A DNA stretch of 64,000 nt from Blepharisma stoltei ATCC 30299 (taxonomy: Eukaryota; Protista; Ciliophora): positions 372,001 to 436,000 of the forward strand of contig CBFDEM010000063.1 in NCBI GenBank assembly GCA_965603825.1, given 5' to 3'. The translations under genes were made by a program, and so were the position numbers. This document shows, piece by piece, positions 1 through 11,311 of the stretch. Below the pieces are notes generated by a model. That model had not been told where the DNA came from. It did not search any database and saw only the letters and a program-made list of their open reading frames with translations. The first letter of the stretch is position 1. Every line of letters starts with the position of its first letter.

Positions 1-1069
1 CTTGGTGATCCACATCTGTTGGAAGCTTGAAAGTGAGCAGAGAATTGACCCTTCAATCCAGACTGAGTATTTTCTTTCAGGTGGTGCAACAACTTTAATT
101 TTCATACTTAGTGGTGCCTTTTCTACAAGTTCTTTTTTGAGTCTTTCAGCAATTCCTGGAAACATGGTAGACCCTCTATTCATGACAACGTTTCCGTATA
201 AGTCACTTCAGATATCCTCGTCACATTTCATGATTGATTTATAAGTAGCCTCGCTCATGACGTCAATATCAAGCTCTAACAAGCTTGGCTGGAATAAAGC
301 TTCTGGAACTTTAAATCTTTCACTTCCAAGTGTTACTGCACTTCCGTCAGGCATCTCGTAGTTCCTCTTGATTTCTGAAAAAGTTCTAGCTTTGTTGTTT
401 CTTCTTTAAAGTCCAAAGCAACATAGCAGAGTTTCTCTTTGATATCTTTGACGATTTCGATTTCAGCTGAGCTGCGGCCTCTCTCAGTCATAAGACTAAC
501 TAAATGCAAGGTCAAGTCACGACCGGCGAAGTCGGTTCTTTGAATTGCATGAGGCGGAACGTAGCCTTCTAAGATTGGGACGACGCTGGTGACTCCGTCG
601 CCTAATCCACGACTATACCAGTTGTTCTGCAAGAGCTATATAATGCCAGCACAGCTTGGATGGCGACGTAGAAAGCAGGGATATTGAATTTTTCGAACAT
701 GATTTCGGTCATCTTTTCTCTGTTGTTCTTAGGGTTCAGAGGAGGTTCAGTGATGAGGACTGGGTGCTCGTCAGTTGGAACTCTTAATTTGTTGAAGAAA
801 GCATGATGCCAGATTCTTTCCATATCATCCCAATTAGTAGCAATGCCGTGCTCAATTGCATATTGAATATCGAGAATACCTCTATAAGCTTGTGCTTCAT
901 TACAAATATAGACTTCTTTTTATTCAGTTGATTTAATGACTACAGGCACTATTGGGCGACCGCAAATGCTTGGGAAGATAGCTCTTGGACAATCGTCGCC
1001 GGCTCAACCAGTCTTACACATTCCTGAACCGTTGTCAATAACGATAGCTTGGAAGTTCTGATCCACCAT
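1..1069 (-). pseudogene. ACT: Actin pseudogene (3' end runs off the window)
   Basis: Starts MVDQNFQAIVIDNGSGMCK and contains [18 protein letters not shown] and [11 protein letters not shown]. In-frame TAA at 920-922, frameshift at about 602 (GIVVD/GDGVT), second frameshift at about 385, and a short deletion after TERG. Confidence 0.9.
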
Positions 1070-1157
1070 TTTAATTATATATTTCTATTTCTGTAAATCT
1101 TCTAATTTTTATAGAATCATATTTTTTAAAATCAATTTACAAGACTTAGGTTTTTAT

Positions 1158-1946
1158 TTATGCATAGCAATACTCATCTATTGTCTTCTTTTTATTAAAA
1201 ATGACTGTAGTCCCTTCAAATGCGAAAAATTCACTAAATCCCACATGATCTTCGTTTCCCCAATCATATGTATACCCTAATCCTGTCCATGGCGAATTAT
1301 CATAAATTTCTTCGTTTCTAAAAGATTTTTCAAATTTGTTACAAAGCCACTTAAAGTGCTCAGTGTTAATTTTCACTCACTTTTGCGATACCTGATCAAA
1401 TGATTCCGCGCAATACCAAGGACTATTATCGGTCTGATTAACCTGACCTTTCATTTGTATATCTAATTGGCACTCCTTATCAGAAATTTCAGGATCTGGG
1501 CATCCTCTGAAAATTTTCTTTAAATCTACATAAACCTCTATCATTCCTGTCATATCAGAGTCTGGGGGAAATCCTAAAGCTTGAATGACCCTTTTTGTTT
1601 TATAAAAAGTATACGTTTTACACTCTTCCTGCAAAAAAGGATACACAGTGAGCATTGTGTCTTCTTTAAGCTCAAATTTATCTCCAGAGTTATAAGGATA
1701 ATAATCTATCCGATCAGATATAACCATAAGTACATTTCCGTCCTTATCAAAAGTAAGATCAGAGTTATCAGTTTTAATTGCTACTAAATCTTTTACAATT
1801 TTTTCTTTTGTTGGCTCTTGGGCATCTGTTAAAGCATCAGCATAAGCTTTACAGTCTGGATCATCTTCACATTCCCCTGAAGGCTGCTGTATTTCTTCAA
1901 AAGCTACTGCAAATAAAAGAAAAATTCCTAATAAGAGTTTATTCAT
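1158..1946 (-). CDS. Secreted uncharacterised protein, 262 aa, with LGFPP / FRGCPDPEI / PWTGLGYTYDWG motifs
   Basis: ORFs 1377-1946 and 1158-1376 are in frame across TGA(Trp) at 1377-1379. Signal peptide MNKLLLGIFLLFAVA. Confidence 0.8.
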
Positions 1947-1967
1947 ATTATTTATCTTTATTAATCT

Positions 1968-3482
1968 TTATAAGCAGTCTTTAGTAATCAAATCGTGATA
2001 TCGATCCATACCTTTCTTTCTGCCATCATAAATCCATTGGAAATTAGTCCTGCTGAAAATTTTATTAAAATCAGCACCATAGAGTAAGGCATATTCTAAG
2101 TCTACTACATCTTTGATGAATTTTGTGTTGAGCTCTTTTTTCATTTCGTTTTTTTCTGTGATACAAGGAGTTAAGTTTGCTTCCAAGAACCACAGATGTA
2201 GATTTTGATCTAATATGAAGTCAAAGCCCATTATTTCAAACACTCCTGGGTGCTTTAAAAGCTTTGATAGGTTCATTCTGACTATATGAAACATTGCGCG
2301 CTTTATTGAGGCTCTGAGGTAAGAATCCATTCATCCTTTTTTTACTAAGTTATTTTCTATCAAATATTCTTCAAGATGCTGATAACTCCACCCTTGGTCA
2401 ATCAGCGCTTCTTCTTTTTCTTTTCCCGTGACATTTTTTGATTCTAAAAATCCTTGTGCTACATCTAAGTTAGTCAAATGTTTTGATCTATCACCAGACG
2501 TCGAGTTATAATCATCAAGAGTTATCCTCGCAAATCCATCATGATAAAGAATTATTAGTGGGTCCATGCTCGCTATAAACATATAAGCCCTAAAATCAAA
2601 CTTTTTCCCATTAATCAGAAACGGATACTTTATATATTTTTGAGCAAGAAATCCAGCAGCTTCATTGCATTTATTTCCGTAGTCATACTCTTTTAAAGCT
2701 AAATGTGCAGTTTTTGAATCAATAAGTTGGATTCCTTGTCCATTATGGCTATATCTGCTTTTTTTCACAACCCAATTCACTCCTTCACGGTCTTTATCGT
2801 CATTTAGCCTATTAAAAAATTCTTTGCATTGATTTTCGTCACTTAAATCCAAGCTATATGGCATTACCATCCATGGATTAAAGCACTGCATTCTCCCAAC
2901 ATAATGTTTCGTATAATTCCTAAAGGTGTTTATAGTTGTGTCCTTATAATTTATATTTTCATTGCCAGGAATATGATTATATCTTTGTCCTTGGCATAAG
3001 AAATGTTTTCCAATTTCATGAAATTCGTGTCATAAGGGTTCGTGATGGAAAAATAGATTGATATTAGGCTTCAACTTTTCGTAAGGGTGCCTTTCTGGGT
3101 TCATTCTTGTAAAATGCTCAGTCATGGAGAGTGTGGAAATTCGATTTAAAATTTTTTTGGGGAATGTATTGTTATTGAAATCTGAAAAAATTATTCTTTG
3201 CTGCTTTATAGGCAGACCGTCTTGGTCTAATGTGATAAGATGGTCTTGCTGGTAGTTCATAACATATTCGCAATAATTGTTGTCGTTGACTATGTTTTGA
3301 TGCTTAATTTTTAGTTCTAAGGTAGAAAGGTAGTTTTTTCAAGGTTCAGTTAGAGCTCAAGGCTGCTTTGGGGCATCTTCATATTCAATAACAAAAACTC
3401 TTGGATTAAAGAAATACTCATAAATTCCTAAAATTCAAAAATTAACCAAAAGCAAAGTAGCTATAGGTGTCTTAAAATTCAT
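1968..3482 (-). CDS. Tubulin-tyrosine-ligase (TTL/TTLL, ATP-grasp) family protein with N-terminal hydrophobic anchor, 504 aa
   Basis: Continuous frame with TGA=Trp. Motifs YNHIPG, WVVKK, GQGIQL, AQKYIKYPFLINGKKFDFRAY, HLTN and FEIMGFDFILD...LWFLEAN. N-terminus MNFKTPIATLLLVNFWILGIYEYFF. Confidence 0.88.
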
Positions 3483-4116
3483 ATTGATTTTAATAGAAAT
3501 TTAAATGGCGCTATTAAAGATATTTATGAAGAAAATATATTGAAATAAAGAAAATATAGAGGAAATTAGGAAAATTTTTCATTCTCATAATAGAATTTAA
3601 AGAAATAAAATTTAAAATTTTTTTTTTAATTTTTTTATATATTTGAAGTATATTTATGTTAAAATATGATTAACTATTAAAAAACTATGCAATTTTCATT
3701 TTGTCAATACTTTCAGCACATTTCGAATTGATAACAAAAAAATCTTTTATAAAAATGGTTCCCGATAAATCACGTATATAAAAATATAAAACCGTTAAGA
3801 AATGGAAATTATTATCATTAATTTCTGGCAAATTTTGAGGATAATTTCGATTAGCAAACAAATTTCAGATAAATTCTAATTTAAAATAACATATAAGCTG
3901 AATGTCTATGATTTAATATTTTAATATATCGAAACATTATTTAGCAAATTATGTTTTATTCTGCTCAGAATAATTATAGAAACTTCAGAACATCAATAGA
4001 TCTAGACATTTCTCGATAAAACTAAGTTTTTATAGTGTTTTAAGAATCAAACTCCCATTACTGATAAAAAATATCCATAACTTATCAGCAATATTTCCTC
4101 AAATATAATTTAAAAA

Positions 4117-4944
4117 ATGGAAATAGACAACCAAGAACAGTTTAACCTAGTAAAATCTGCTGGATGCGACCTCATTACTTCAGCTAGATTTTCAGAGGCT
4201 TCGCAGACAGTTTACCAAATCCAAACATGCAAAAATATTCCTTGTGGAATAAATTGTGAAAATGTTGAGGTCGAAATAGAAGATGACTCACAAACAATGG
4301 ACACAGAAACTGAACCAGAAGATATTCCTTCTCAGTCTTTTGTCGCTGAAGAACAACAGCCGTTGTCAATAAAACCGCTTTTACCAATGAAAACTAGACG
4401 AACACATAGGCAGACTTTAGTGCTAGATTTAGATGAGACTTTAGTCCATAGTGAAATAAAACCTTTTTCTACAGCAAATTTAATAGTAAACATTTTTTAT
4501 CAAGACAGACCATGCTCCATTTATGTGAGCTTCAGACCTGGATTATTCCGATTCTTAGAAGCAGTATCACAAAGATTTGAAGTCGTTTTATTTACTGCTT
4601 CCCATAAATGCTACGCAGAACAAGTCTTAAAATTTATAGACCCAGACATGAAACTTATGAAATATAGACTTTACAGAGAAAACTGTGCAGAGTCAAATGG
4701 AGTCTTCCTTAAAGACTTAAGAATGCTAGGGCGAGACTTAAGAGAAGTTATCATTGTTGATAACTCAGTGCAAGCTTTTTCACTGCAGCCTGACAATGGG
4801 ATTCCTATTTCTTCGTGGTATAATGATATGATGGACAGAGAATTGTACAGGACTGTTGAGATTCTTGATGAATTGCAGCGAGTGGGTGATGTACGAGAAG
4901 TACTTCATCAAAAGTTTAATATCTCAAATAACTTAATTAACTAA
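4117..4944 (+). CDS. CTD small phosphatase-like (FCP1/SCP/NIF HAD family)
   Basis: TLVLDLDETLVHS, FTAS, RLYRENC, KDLRMLGRDL, IIVDNS. Confidence 0.92.
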   Translation: MEIDNQEQFNLVKSAGCDLITSARFSEASQTVYQIQTCKNIPCGINCENVEVEIEDDSQTMDTETEPEDIPSQSFVAEEQQPLSIKPLLPMKTRRTHRQTLVLDLDETLVHSEIKPFSTANLIVNIFYQDRPCSIYVSFRPGLFRFLEAVSQRFEVVLFTASHKCYAEQVLKFIDPDMKLMKYRLYRENCAESNGVFLKDLRMLGRDLREVIIVDNSVQAFSLQPDNGIPISSWYNDMMDRELYRTVEILDELQRVGDVREVLHQKFNISNNLIN

Positions 4945-5281
4945 AGCTACTGTTTATATATTTTGTAATCTTATGCAAATAATATTCTGTAAGAAACCTA
5001 TTTAGATTATCGAAAATTATTCTATTTAAAAATTTTATTTGACATGCTCTAATGTGCTAAAAAAATTTAGAATATTTAATTAAACAAAAATAATTGTCAA
5101 TATTTATATTGAAATTAAATTATTAATTTTATATACAAACACTAATTATTATTTAAACTTTGATCAATTCTCTCATACAGAAAATGAGAAATAAATCTTA
5201 AATTAAGGCAGATGCAAAATTTCTTATTTAAACTGCCATAATAAGAAAGTAATTACCATTAGTTAAAGAAATTAATAAATA

Positions 5282-6896
5282 ATGTCAGGCATGATTCCAA
5301 ACTATATTCTCCTAAATTAGGACATTTGATATGGAGATGATGGGAAAGCTTATCCAAATAAAAGCCTTGATCTCAGGTCTCCGAAGAGATGGGTCGAAAC
5401 TGTCAAAATTCTCTCGTCATAGTGTATAAATGGCTTGATAAATAGCTTTTATCTTCTTTAGAGAGCATCGGAACCTGTTCTCTAGGCCAGCAACAATTTA
5501 TAAGCTCCAAGAGCCTAACCCACATAAAAGCGAAATTCAAAGAAGGTACATTAGAGGAATATTCTTTATCAAAATTCAATGTAATTTCATATCAGAATCC
5601 GACCCAGAAACTATTTCGAGAACTGATCATTTCTGCTGAACTATTCTCTAGCAATCAGATTTATTTCTTATGAAGCTTGGGGTGATTCTGACTATGGATT
5701 TGCTGATTTTGGGCCTGACTTTATATGCTTTGATAAGACAGAGAAGACGCCAGATCATTCCTTATAAGTGGCATCAGCCAAGAAAATTCCGGAATAATGG
5801 CAGTTCAGAAAGAAAAAAGGCATACCTATGAAGATGGAGATTTTGTGGTCTTTAAAGAAGTCCAAGGGATAGAATAGCTCAATAATCCCCACCTAGGCCT
5901 ATAAAAGTTCTTTGTCTACACCTTTTCTATTGAAGACTCAGCTGGCTATCAAGCTGTTAATCGTTAATTATACTGATAAGAGAAGCAACATGTCAGGTAC
6001 ATGAAGACCTTATTCTTTCATGATGCTCCACCACTGCTCAGGTTTTGCATTGTTACTCATTCAGGACAAGAGCTTGCAGTCACTCTCTAAAAGTCCCTTT
6101 TATCGAGTCAGCAAGTTGCCTTCAATGAAAAGTTCCAAGAATTGAATTGTCAGGTAAGCTGTCAAATAATATAAAAACTTGAAGCCCAGGATGCAACGCT
6201 TGAAATCGCGCTGCTTTTTAAGTACTCATTTAGACAAGTTATGTCCTCTTACACTCCAGGGAGAAATCTTTCTAAAATCCTGCCACACATACCAATAAGG
6301 AAAAAACGCCTCAGGATAGCCCCAGTAAAATTTGGCCAGATTTACACATCACGAGCTACTTTCCCTTTTTCAAGGTCTCCGACCTCGATAAGACACTAGC
6401 TATACGAGTTAAGAGTTCGGCTCAATTTATCACACCATTTAATCTATATGAATATCAAGCTTACCAAAATGATAATGCAGAGCAATTCAGAAATGCCTTT
6501 GCAAATCTTATTTTTACTTAGTAAGCCATACCCACCAATAAGAGCAAGAAGCATGGCTTGCAAACCTATTCTTTATGCACTAGTAGTGCTTATCCAGAAA
6601 GCTTTTCAAAATGGGATAAAATGACTGCTAAAGGCCCTTGCGCTTTGAAAGAATTCCTCAAGCTTGAAACGGAACATTAGTTAAAGATTACCATGATATC
6701 ATTTGATAAAGTTTCTCTACAGTCACTATTGACCAACAAGCAGGTCGAAAGGCTGCCTCAGAAAAGGCCTTTATCAAAATATAAGTGGTGAAAAATCGTT
6801 GAAGGAAGAAGACACTTAGCCATAATAGTTTTTTGTGAAGGCTTAGAATAATATGTTAGAACTGCAATTCCAGTAATCAAATACACTTTTTGATAA
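5282..6896 (+). pseudogene. UBA1: Heavily degraded, internally deleted ubiquitin-activating enzyme E1
   Basis: Broken-frame fragments MEMMGKLIQIKALISGLR, ADFGPDFICFDK, KRHTYEDGDFVVFKEVQG, EQFRNAFANL, FSKWDKM...LKEFL and IPVIKYTF, in E1 order. Many stops and frameshifts; about 1.6 kb against about 3 kb expected. Confidence 0.85.
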
Positions 6897-6937
6897 TTTA
6901 AAAATCATTAATTAGGATAAAAAAATTATAATCATAA

Positions 6938-7636
6938 ATGGGTTGCAATCATTCCAAAGACCCATATGACAAGCACACTGTAGAGAACCAAAAACTTTCC
7001 CAATACGAAAAGAAGCTTGGACTCAACAAATATTCAATTTCCAGCTACGAAATTGCTATCAGAAGAATTTCCAATGCAGTCAATCTTCCAGAGATCGTAA
7101 TTTCTCAATTTCAGCATTCTCTTGATCTGCAGCTTAAGCGTGAATATAAAGAAGCCTTATCGTCATTTCTTTCAACCTCCCCAACAACCAGCATAGCAAA
7201 ATTGTTAGTCTCAGCAATTCTATTTGGAAAAGGCACTGACCGTGAAAAAGGGGAAGCCCTTTGGTTTGCCTTCGACAAAGACGCCTCAGAAGTTCTCCCT
7301 CTTGCCTCTATCAAAGATATGGTAAAGACAATCCTGCAGTGTTCGTTTATAGTTACTTTAGATTCTGCGATAAAAGTTGAGTTTTACAATACAAATCGAT
7401 TGACAACCTGGAAAAGCAAACTTCTAGAGAGAATGTCCAGCTTAGAGGTCAAGCTTGCTAAATATTTTCTACAAGAACAGCCAACAGTCTCCAAAGCCGA
7501 TTTTTTAGAAAAAATGAAAAAACCTGATGGATTTATCACGAATCCGGAATATATTAGAAGCATGCTTGAGCACACCCAGGTGATCCCTGACAAGTTTGCT
7601 AACCCTTTTAAGGCGATGAAAATTACAAAACTTTAA
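6938..7636 (+). CDS. N-acylated (MGC) degenerate EF-hand-like protein
   Basis: MGCNHSK myristoylation/palmitoylation-type start; EKGEALWFAFDKDASEVL resembles an EF-hand. Confidence 0.7.
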   Translation: MGCNHSKDPYDKHTVENQKLSQYEKKLGLNKYSISSYEIAIRRISNAVNLPEIVISQFQHSLDLQLKREYKEALSSFLSTSPTTSIAKLLVSAILFGKGTDREKGEALWFAFDKDASEVLPLASIKDMVKTILQCSFIVTLDSAIKVEFYNTNRLTTWKSKLLERMSSLEVKLAKYFLQEQPTVSKADFLEKMKKPDGFITNPEYIRSMLEHTQVIPDKFANPFKAMKITKL

Positions 7637-7661
7637 ATAAATCAGCATTAATTGATTAAAT

Positions 7662-8813
7662 ATGCACTGTCACCGTAATTTATAACTAGATTCAAAGGCT
7701 CCTATCTATATATTGCTGCTGCACGCAATAGTAATTGCCCCTATGCTTTTGAGTGTTCCAGAACTGGTAGAATTCGATAAGTCAGCTACAATACTGTATT
7801 GGTAACCTATATTTAGGGTTCTAGTCTTTATTGTTTTTAGCTGTTATATCAATACGAGCTACAGAGACCCTGGGTTTGTGCACGCAATTAAGATCCTTTC
7901 AGACCAAAACCCTGTGCACCCTACAGAGCAGCCATCGATAGAAATCACCTCAAACCATAAATCTCAAGCATCTGTAGGATTCGTTGAATTATCAGACCCA
8001 AATTTCTATATTTCTCCATCAAAATGCCATCAAAGATATATGAGCACTGAACATGATGACACTGAAAAAAACATCCAAGGAAGAGCTGGCAGCCAGGCAG
8101 AAAAAGAGCTGGAAGACGAAAACTCGGGACCATTGCAGATTGATATGTTAGGAAATAAACCAATCGTCGATGATATTGAAGAAGAAGACTATTCTCCTCA
8201 GTCTCCGACAGACGTAAGCGCGGTAGGAGAAAACAAATTCCAAAAATTTGAAGATGTTATTATAACAGAAACCAGATTTTGTACAGTTTGCACGTTGGAA
8301 CAGCCAATGAGGGCAAAACATTGTAGGGATTGTGATAAATGTGTAGCGCTACACGACCATCATTGTCCATGGCTTGGGATTTGTATTGGAGAAAGAAATA
8401 GGAGACAGTTCTGAGCTTATTTAGTTGTGGAATGTGGACTTATATGATGGTCTGGATTTTGGCTGTTTCAAAGCTTTGAGGAAAGGACTGGGCTAGTAGA
8501 ATGAATGAAGGTAAATTGGGCAAGAATTTTTGCATCAGTTTTTATTGCCTTTTTTCTATTTTTTGTTACTTGTCTGCTTGTTTTTCATACGTATCTTGCT
8601 ATCACAAATCAAACTACTTGGGAAAATATTTCTTGGGAAAGAATATCATATCTAAAAAAGTGGCCTAAAAGCTATGGAAGCCCATTCAGCAAAGGATGCT
8701 TATCAAACATATACATTTATTGCTGCAAACCGCTTCCTAAAACATATACAAGCTGGATAATGCCAGCAAGATTGCCTGACAAAAACCCTAAAAAATGCTG
8801 CTGTATTGTTTAA
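7662..8813 (+). CDS. DHHC palmitoyltransferase (introns 7675-7689 and 7802-7816)
   Basis: DPG, CTVC...RAKHCRDCDKCVALHDHHCPW and NQTTWE motifs. TGA=Trp joins the ORFs; both introns remove in-frame TAA. Confidence 0.92.
7675..7689 (+). other. 15-nt spliceosomal intron
   Basis: GTAATTTATAACTAG; A at position 10; contains in-frame TAA. Confidence 0.85.
7802..7816 (+). other. 15-nt spliceosomal intron
   Basis: GTAACCTATATTTAG; contains in-frame TAA. Confidence 0.9.
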
Positions 8814-8837
8814 TTTAAATTTAAGATTTTCCTATAA

Positions 8838-10097
8838 TTAATTAGGTTTTGATGGAAATTGCTTAATCCGGGAAACTCCTTTACGTTGATTTTTGCTTTT
8901 CTCATCTGAGTCTTCAGAACTAGGGTAGCTTCACTCGTTTTCAATATCATCATAATACATTTTCATATCCCTATCAATTTTAACGCATTCTTTTTCGTCA
9001 AATAATTCATATTTTTCAGCTGAAAGGCTTGCTTCAGAATTAACACCGCTCCATTTTGACCTTTTCTTGGCTGTGCCTCCATTTTCTTGAGACATTGTAT
9101 CATATATTTGTTGATTTAATTGCAAAAGCTTTTGGTTTTGCTTTGCCAAGCTCTGAAGCAGCTCTTCTCTGTCTTTTATGATATGCTCAGGAGTTTCAGA
9201 CCGAGGATAATGGACTTGTGAGGAACAGTCACTTTTGGCGTCAATTTTTATTTGCTTTATTTCAGATACTGTAAATGTAGGAGTTTTTTGCATTTTGTGG
9301 ACAACTTTTGGTTTGGTTTCTTCTTCAGTTGTTTGGACAGATTTAGATACATTGATTTCTTGAGGGGTTAATATGTCATTTAGTATGCATAAGCTTCTAA
9401 ATAAAGCTTCTTTTCATTTCCCCCCTTCTAAAAGCTCTGAAAAATAGCTTAGCCCTGACGCATTTTTTTTAAAGATACTGTAAAATTCAGAATCTTTCTG
9501 AAGTTTTCTTATAGCTGAGTTCCAGACATTATGAATTTCTATATCAAGTTCTCCATTATCTTTAGCTGAAGCATATTTTGTGTCCTTTGTCTTGTTGGCT
9601 TCATAAAGTTCTTTTCAGCTTGAAGCTTCAATTTCTAATTTTTCAAGATTTTCTCTTAAAGAGTGATTTTCTTTGATAATTCCTTCACATTGCTGCTCTT
9701 TAGCAGTCATAATTGAATTAAGCTCATGTATATGAGCTTTAATTTCCCCAATTTCGTCCAGTTTTATTAGCAGATCTTGATTTTTCTTTTTTTCAACATT
9801 CAGCTCTTCACGATATTCAAGCATTTTTGAATAAAGCTCCTCTTTCTTATTATAAGTATCAGATAAAGCTTGCTTTAGCTGGATTTTCTCGTTTTTTAGC
9901 TTGGTAATAAGAAGCTCAGATTGCTTGAAATCTCCTTGGATTTTTGAAATCAGATCCTAGGTGGATGTTACTTTATTCAAAATAGTGCATGCTTCTAGGT
10001 CAGTTTTCAGCTTTATTGTACTTTTTGTGAGTTTATATATTGACTCCTCATCAGTTTCATTATGAAAAGAATGACTGGGCAGTCCTTGAATATTCAT
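8838..10097 (-). CDS. Coiled-coil protein of unknown function (intron 9957-9971)
   Basis: Single frame of about 414 aa after TGA=Trp and removal of a 15-nt intron; heptad-rich sequence. Confidence 0.75.
9957..9971 (-). other. 15-nt spliceosomal intron
   Basis: GTAACATCCACCTAG; contains in-frame TAG. Confidence 0.88.
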
Positions 10098-10222
10098 TTT
10101 ATAAATAGAATTTTGAGATGGATAATAGTAACCCAAAGAGAAAAAATGGCTGAAGCCTGTGAGCATCTCTTTAAGCTATAGAAACAGCAGAAAGGTTTTA
10201 TTTTAATTGCAGTTAGTTAAGT

Positions 10223-11128
10223 TTATTTTTCTCTATCTAACACAAGTCCATATATTTTTTCGTAAACTACAAAAAATAATGCGTTTGAAGGCAAAATCCT
10301 TGCTAACTGTAACGACAGCCCACGATAAAATCCTCTATACCCTTCATTTTTGAAAGTTTTTAGGATGCAATTTTTAAAGCCTTTAAAAAATCTCTCTTCT
10401 TTGATATCTTTAGGTAAATCCTGAGCCTTTGTATTCAAATAGCTAGGGTACTGCTCTTGCTGAAGTCTGATCATTGTGGACTGCATAGGATACAGGACTA
10501 GTGTGGTTAGTAGTTTACTGATTCCTCCAGAAATTGCTGTTTTAGTGGAGCTGTCTTGGGAGTTTAGAATCTCTTTGAGATGCTCATAGAGATATAGCTG
10601 AAAAGCACCGTTTGAGCACAAAACCAATCCAGGGATAAGCCCAAAATAGAACCCTTTAAGTCCATCTAACCTATAAATTTTCTTAATTGCTTCAAATGTG
10701 TCCCCATACCAGCTTTTGGAGTTGTTTTGTAGCATAACTCTGGTTTTAACGACCCATAGAGGGTTAGTGATAAGCCTGCTTAAAATTGCTGCCTCAGCCG
10801 CTACTGTAAAAAGGTAGAGTTCTGAGTGTTCTTCTTTAAACCATTTTGGGTGTATTTTCTTAGCTTTTTCATATATGTAAAAATAAAGAGTCCATGCGAA
10901 GCTTGAGGCGAAACTTATGTGAGCTCCTTTGTAAAGAGATAAAATTCCCTGTGAGGAAACCATCGATTTTAATACATGGTAAGAATTTCTGTAGTTAATA
11001 GAGTGGATACTCTTAACTCCGGATGCAATAAGACGGACTTTTATCATTTCCAAAGGATATAATGAAGATGATGCTAAAGAACCAGCAAATCCTGCAATTG
11101 CTGAGGCTGATGCCGATCTTTCAACCAT
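10223..11128 (-). CDS. Mitochondrial carrier (SLC25), folate/FAD-carrier-like
   Basis: Px[DE]xxKxR-type repeats YPLEMIKVRL, NPLWVVKTRV and YPMQSTMIRLQ; EGYRGFYRG. Confidence 0.88.
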   Translation of the reverse strand: MVERSASASAIAGFAGSLASSSLYPLEMIKVRLIASGVKSIHSINYRNSYHVLKSMVSSQGILSLYKGAHISFASSFAWTLYFYIYEKAKKIHPKWFKEEHSELYLFTVAAEAAILSRLITNPLWVVKTRVMLQNNSKSWYGDTFEAIKKIYRLDGLKGFYFGLIPGLVLCSNGAFQLYLYEHLKEILNSQDSSTKTAISGGISKLLTTLVLYPMQSTMIRLQQEQYPSYLNTKAQDLPKDIKEERFFKGFKNCILKTFKNEGYRGFYRGLSLQLARILPSNALFFVVYEKIYGLVLDREK

Positions 11129-11311
11129 CTAAATAATATTTAATATCTTTAAATGACGGAAAAAATATGTGGAAAGTGCCAACTTTCAAGCATCTCTAGC
11201 GAAATTCACAAGATTAGTTCCTTATATGTTTACCTTTATTTATCCAAAACTTTAAGCTAATCCTTTATATCATAATCTTCCAGTAAAGAGACTTCACTGA
11301 ATTTATAAAAT

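Noticed and set aside
920-922. TAA at a Gln position of actin suggesting TAA=Gln, as in Paramecium or Tetrahymena
   Set aside because: All intact genes end at TAA/TAG and have none internally outside introns; this actin copy also has frameshifts.
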